Positions 59,708 through 64,000 of a DNA stretch of 64,000 bases are shown here, piece after piece. A program made the translations under genes and the position numbers. The notes beneath the pieces were generated by a model, which worked only from the letters and a program-made list of their open reading frames with translations, made no database searches and had not been told where the DNA came from. This DNA is from an uncultured candidate division Zixibacteria bacterium (GTDB taxonomy: Bacteria > Zixibacteria > MSB-5A5 > GN15 > FEB-12): assembly GCA_963664195.1 (NCBI GenBank), contig OY760907.1:3264001-3328000 (forward strand). Direction: 5' to 3'. Positions within the stretch are counted from its first letter, which is position 1; each line of letters opens with the position of its first letter.

Positions 59708-60576
59708 AACGGTTCGGTGCAGGTGGCAACCTCATACTGACCTCCCCCTGGATAATAACGTTCCTGGTCTTCTGGGTATTCCCCGTGGCCTGGTCGTTGT
59801 ATATGGGCTTCACCGATTACCGCCTGCTGGTCAAAGAGACGTCGTGGGTAGGGTTTGACAACTACCGGGCATTACTTGGCGATCAAGATTTCGTCGACTC
59901 CATCAAGAACACCTTTGTGTTTGTTCTCGGAACGATCCCGGTAACGACTATTGTTGCGTTGCTGATGGCGCTGCTGGTCAACCGCCAATTCAAGGGCCGA
60001 GCTTTGTTTCGGTCGGCCTTTTTTGTGCCATCGATTACGTCGATGGTCGTCATCGCATTGATCTTCACCAGCCTCTTCCAGCGCGGTGGGTACATTGCTC
60101 TACTGGCCGAGATGGCAGGCCTTGCTCCACCCCTAAATGGCTTCCTGTATGACAGTTCGACGGCGCTGTATGCTATCATGGGAATGGATATCTGGATGTC
60201 GGTCGGGTACTTCATGCTGATATTTCTTGCCGGTTTGAAAGCGATCCCGGACGAGTTGTACGAAGCTGCCGAAATCGGCGGGGCGTCATCAATCAGGCAG
60301 TTCTTTTCGATCACCCTGCCGCTGCTGAGGCCGGTGGCGCTGTTCATACTCGTGATCAACTCGATCAAATCGTTTCAGGTGTTTGTCGAGATTTTTGTGA
60401 TGACCAAGGGCAATTTCGACACCTCTACCGCCGTCTATTTCATCTATGAAAAAGGCCTGACGACAGCCTTCGAACTCGGCTATGCATCTGCCGCAGCGTA
60501 TATCCTGTTCATGATAATCGCGGCGTTCTCAGTGGTCCAGTTTGTCCTCATGCGCCGGAGATCGCACACGTGGTAG
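59704..60576 (+). CDS. Carbohydrate ABC transporter permease
   Basis: VGFDNY, LYEAAEIGGAS (EAA motif), ITLPLL. Confidence 0.93.
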   Translation: MKRFGAGGNLILTSPWIITFLVFWVFPVAWSLYMGFTDYRLLVKETSWVGFDNYRALLGDQDFVDSIKNTFVFVLGTIPVTTIVALLMALLVNRQFKGRALFRSAFFVPSITSMVVIALIFTSLFQRGGYIALLAEMAGLAPPLNGFLYDSSTALYAIMGMDIWMSVGYFMLIFLAGLKAIPDELYEAAEIGGASSIRQFFSITLPLLRPVALFILVINSIKSFQVFVEIFVMTKGNFDTSTAVYFIYEKGLTTAFELGYASAAAYILFMIIAAFSVVQFVLMRRRSHTW

Positions 60577-61397
60577 GACAGAGGAACAGAATCACCGAAA
60601 GCGTACGCTATCTCTTGTTGACAGCAGTCTTGATCGTCATGGTCTTCCCCCTGCTCTGGATGTTCCGTGTGGCCTTCATGGAAGCCGGTTCCAATATGGC
60701 GTTTTCAGGGCTTGCCACTTCAAGTTGGACTTTAACTAATTTCTATGATCTGTTTACAGCTGCGCACTTGGGAATGGCGTTGTTCAATTCCATACTTGTA
60801 GGTACGTTCGTCACGGTCGGCAATATCCTGTTCTGTTTCATGGTTGCCTACGCGCTGGCCCGACATAACAGCCTGGCAAATCGGGCGATGTTCATCTCGG
60901 TGATGCTTGTCCTGATGATCCCTGTACACATCGTCATCATTCCGCTCTATCTGCTGTGTCTGAAGGGGGGAATGTACGACTCCTACTGGGCGCTAATCTT
61001 GCCGTGGCTGGTCAATCCCATAGGGATATTTCTGGTGAAACAGTATATCGAGTCCATCCCGCCCTCTATGGAAGAAGCTGCCAGAATCGACGGCGCCGGG
61101 GAATTCACGATTCTCTTCAGGGTCGTCATGCCGATGTGCAAACCGGCGCTGGCAGTACTGGCAATACAGGTCTTTTTTACCAATTGGAATTCATTTCTGT
61201 TTCCGTTTATTCTGACGTCAAGTGATTCGCTGAGGACATTACCGGTCGCTTTGGCGCTCTATCAGGGGCATCAGGCGATTGACTGGCAGCACCTGATGGC
61301 CGGTTCCACGCTGGCTGTGGTGCCCGTTCTGGTCTTGTTCTTGATAATGCAGCGTCAGATAGTCTCCGGCATAACTGCCGGAGCGATAAAGCAGTAG
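60570..61397 (+). CDS. Carbohydrate ABC transporter permease
   Basis: IPPSMEEAARIDGA, WNSFLFP, AGAIK. Confidence 0.93.
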   Translation: MVGQRNRITESVRYLLLTAVLIVMVFPLLWMFRVAFMEAGSNMAFSGLATSSWTLTNFYDLFTAAHLGMALFNSILVGTFVTVGNILFCFMVAYALARHNSLANRAMFISVMLVLMIPVHIVIIPLYLLCLKGGMYDSYWALILPWLVNPIGIFLVKQYIESIPPSMEEAARIDGAGEFTILFRVVMPMCKPALAVLAIQVFFTNWNSFLFPFILTSSDSLRTLPVALALYQGHQAIDWQHLMAGSTLAVVPVLVLFLIMQRQIVSGITAGAIKQ

Positions 61398-61560
61398 CGG
61401 CATAGAGATTGATACACCCCGATCGGTCATGGATTCGCCCCTCCGTCGCAAGGTCGTTTACCACCATTTTTTTCTTGCTTTCGACGCCAATCTGGACTAG
61501 CCTTGTCCTTCAGATAGGAAGGGAAAACCTCTGTTATGGCAGGAAAGGAATATAACTGAA

Positions 61561-62151
61561 ATGAGAACACTGACTATTGGACTTATCGTGGTGATGCTTT
61601 TCGCGGCCGGCTGTGGCGTCAACAAGGACTTTGTGTCCTCGGAAATCGCTGCTTCCGAAGCTCGCACGGGTGCGCAACTTACCGCTCTTGGCGACAAGAC
61701 TGATGCCAACACCGCCGAAGTCGCAAGACTTCAGCAGTTGTCTCGTGAGCTGGATGCCAAAGCCGAAATGGCGATCAACAAAGCCAAGGGTTTTGAGAAT
61801 TACCAGATCATCTGGTCCGGCGAGATCAATTTCGCGTTTGACTCCTACGACATCGACGGTGTCGCGAGTGCTATTCTCGACGAAGCCGGCATGAAGATGG
61901 AAGAAGTCCCGGGAGCGCTCCTGGAGATCGCCGGCCACGCCGACAAGACCGGCTCGGCCAAGTACAATCTGCTGATCGGTGAGAAGCGCGCCAATGCGGC
62001 CAAGCGTTATCTCGCTGACAAGTTTGGTGTTTCGCTGTATCGTCTGTTCATCGTCTCCTACGGCGAAGAGAAGCCGATTGCGATGCCGGACGAGAAGAAC
62101 GCCAGTTCCAAGAACCGTCGCGTGAACCTCAACATCTGGGGTGAGCTGTAA
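61561..62151 (+). CDS. OmpA/Pal-like peptidoglycan-binding lipoprotein
   Basis: Lipobox AAGC, coiled coil, FAFDS, GHAD, YN..IGEKRA, SYGEEKP, NRRV. Confidence 0.92.
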   Translation: MRTLTIGLIVVMLFAAGCGVNKDFVSSEIAASEARTGAQLTALGDKTDANTAEVARLQQLSRELDAKAEMAINKAKGFENYQIIWSGEINFAFDSYDIDGVASAILDEAGMKMEEVPGALLEIAGHADKTGSAKYNLLIGEKRANAAKRYLADKFGVSLYRLFIVSYGEEKPIAMPDEKNASSKNRRVNLNIWGEL

Positions 62152-62177
62152 GCCGCTGACGATTCAAACGATTTTAG

Positions 62178-62211
62178 AAAGCCCGCCTTTTTTAAGGCGG
62201 GCTTTTTTTTT
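62178..62211. terminator. Rho-independent (probably bidirectional) terminator
   Basis: AAAGCCCGCCTT-TTTT-AAGGCGGGCTTT plus long T-run, between convergent genes. Confidence 0.85.
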
Positions 62212-62336
62212 GTGGGACACCGGACATTCACAGTTGAGAGATCGGTGTTATTCAACAAGCTCGGTCCACCAGGCTCTGGTCTTCTCTGCACCCCAACACC
62301 ATGGTCGGTAACTAAAACGGGGGATCGATTCGGCAG

Positions 62337-64000
62337 CTACTTAAACTCAACCACAATACCCGCTGTCTCGAAGCGGGCGCGGACTGATACTGTGTCAGGA
62401 TGAACGACATAAGTTTCGGCAAGACGTGGAGGATTGATAGAGCCGGGAGTGAGTTTACCGTCGCCGTCCTGGTCGAGGAAGCCCGTCAGGATATACTCCC
62501 CCGCCGGCAAATCAGTAACAAAGGCACCCGTATTTTCAGCATTCCGTCCAGGCGCTAAGCCTGCCACGGTGACCGTGTAGCGGTCCTTTCCCCCGACCTT
62601 TTGGAAAGTCAGTTTCGCAGGACTCTCTTTGCGATCCTCAAGGGCTATCTCAACCGTGCCGCTGACCGATCCAAGTGAGTCGTCGTCGTACGTACTGAAC
62701 GTGAACGACCTCAGCGAATCCCCCATCAGGTTGCCTGCGTAGTCGGCGACGTCGAACTCGGTAACATCAAGACGGTATTTGTGGCCAGCGGTCAATTGGT
62801 CTGTGGACAGGCCAAGATGGAACGGGTCGGCCCAACGCAAATCGAGTTGGATAAATCGATTGTCGTCCTCGGCAAGAACAAAAGTCTGCGGCGTGATTTT
62901 TACGGTATCAATCGGCTCTGAGAACTCAACCTGCATATCAACCTGGTGAACGAACATGGCGTCGGCGGCAGGCAGGAACATAGAGATTTCCGGCGGTGTC
63001 TTGTCCTCGACCTGCTTGAACTCCATACTGTCGAGAACCAGCGGAGCCTCGTCGGCACCGTACGTCATCTCGATACGATACTTGTCTTCAGGGAGCACAC
63101 CACACCACATCGTGAGCTTGGAGCCTTCGGGCTCGGCAGATTCAGCAAAGCTTGAGGCGGCGTACGAAATCGCCGTATCGCTGAGAGAACGCAACGATAT
63201 GTGTGTCGATGGATCTGCTCCCATCAGCGCAAACGATACCGGCTTGCTCAATCGCACTTTCACCAATCCCCCGTCGCTGCCGATAGCACTCAGGATTCGC
63301 GGCTGGAGCGTATCGTGGCTGGTCATCTCCAACTTGAGATTATCCAAATCTATTTCCCCGCCCACTACGATAGGACGATCCGGCAGGGCAAACTCCTCGA
63401 GGTTCGGGTTGAATCGCTCGCTGTTGTTCTTGTCCTTGAATCCGATCAGGCGATACTCTCCCTCGGGAAGATACTGAAACTTGAACGCACCCTCTTTGTT
63501 GGTGGTCACCAGGTAACTGGGGTAGATTGAATCGAGCGGCACTGATCTGTCAACGAGCGCTGTTGACTTGTAGAGCGCCATGACAACATCCGATGCAGGG
63601 AGTCTGTCGAGGTAGGTAATGCCGCCGATAGTCCCGGAGTCAATGGCGTCGCCAGTTGAAAAGGCGATTGAAATCGTACCGTCGAGAGGGTTGTTGCGAA
63701 GGTCCCTGACGCCTGAACTAACGGTAACGATATAGGTTTGGTTCGCGCCGAAAGGCTCGTCGAGCAGGATGCTCAGTTTATCGCCGGACCACTTGATTTT
63801 CGGCTTTTCGGTTTGTCTCGGCGAGATGAAGACTGCGTCCCCTCTGGCAGGCTCAACCACGTGTTCGGAAAACTGAAGGGATATCCGGTTGTCCGGCTCC
63901 ACATTTAGAGCGCCGGCTGCAGGAGTTGATGTCAGCAGAAAGGGGCCCTTGCGGTCAACCTCTCCCCCGGGCGGCGCGGCTATTTCGGCGCATCCGTAAT
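62337..64000 (-). CDS. Ig-like (Big_5) domain lipoprotein, 5' end outside the window
   Basis: Frame open to the window edge, reading YGCAEIAAPPGGEVDRKGP (lipobox plus PxGG..D..P motif); repeated FSE.(V/I) Ig-like units. Confidence 0.8.
   Translation of the reverse strand, partial: YGCAEIAAPPGGEVDRKGPFLLTSTPAAGALNVEPDNRISLQFSEHVVEPARGDAVFISPRQTEKPKIKWSGDKLSILLDEPFGANQTYIVTVSSGVRDLRNNPLDGTISIAFSTGDAIDSGTIGGITYLDRLPASDVVMALYKSTALVDRSVPLDSIYPSYLVTTNKEGAFKFQYLPEGEYRLIGFKDKNNSERFNPNLEEFALPDRPIVVGGEIDLDNLKLEMTSHDTLQPRILSAIGSDGGLVKVRLSKPVSFALMGADPSTHISLRSLSDTAISYAASSFAESAEPEGSKLTMWCGVLPEDKYRIEMTYGADEAPLVLDSMEFKQVEDKTPPEISMFLPAADAMFVHQVDMQVEFSEPIDTVKITPQTFVLAEDDNRFIQLDLRWADPFHLGLSTDQLTAGHKYRLDVTEFDVADYAGNLMGDSLRSFTFSTYDDDSLGSVSGTVEIALEDRKESPAKLTFQKVGGKDRYTVTVAGLAPGRNAENTGAFVTDLPAGEYILTGFLDQDGDGKLTPGSINPPRLAETYVVHPDTVSVRARFETAGIVVEFK

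Overview
Mostly core chromosome of a diderm bacterium. The dockerin-like C-terminal domain, FCB-type envelope proteins and gene order suggest candidate phylum Zixibacteria (inference, not database-confirmed). About 53 CDSs and one tRNA-Arg(CCG). Housekeeping blocks: MATE-FAH-M1 peptidase-membrane protein-AlaX-like-lptD; hup; ftsK-lolA-rimO-slt-bamD-nadD-polA; coaE-tkt; a peptidoglycan-recycling trio (NlpC/P60, Ala-Glu epimerase, amidase); proS; rimP-nusA-infB-rbfA-nrnA-truB-ribF-rpsO-pnp-M16; leuS; ABC transporters; ompA-like. No transposase, integrase, cas gene or prophage is visible. Main observations: (1) a 3.2-kb hotspot between leuS and a PBP gene (47.9-51.1 kb) where three accessory genes are bracketed by two families of GTAG-hairpin (REP-like) elements with compensatory base changes, with a related empty inverted doublet at 21.06-21.15 kb and REP GTAG motifs overlapping gene stop codons; (2) a translationally coupled four-gene A-B-A'-B' membrane operon of unknown function (DUF6754-like) with apparent inverted topology, followed by an unannotated 39-aa CxxC/CxxC microprotein; (3) a PEP-CTERM gene with a perfect sigma-54 promoter, convergent with a dockerin-tailed protein; (4) enrichment of the Bacteroidota O-glycosylation sequon D-(S/T)-hydrophobic in exported proteins. 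All counts and alignments were done by eye.
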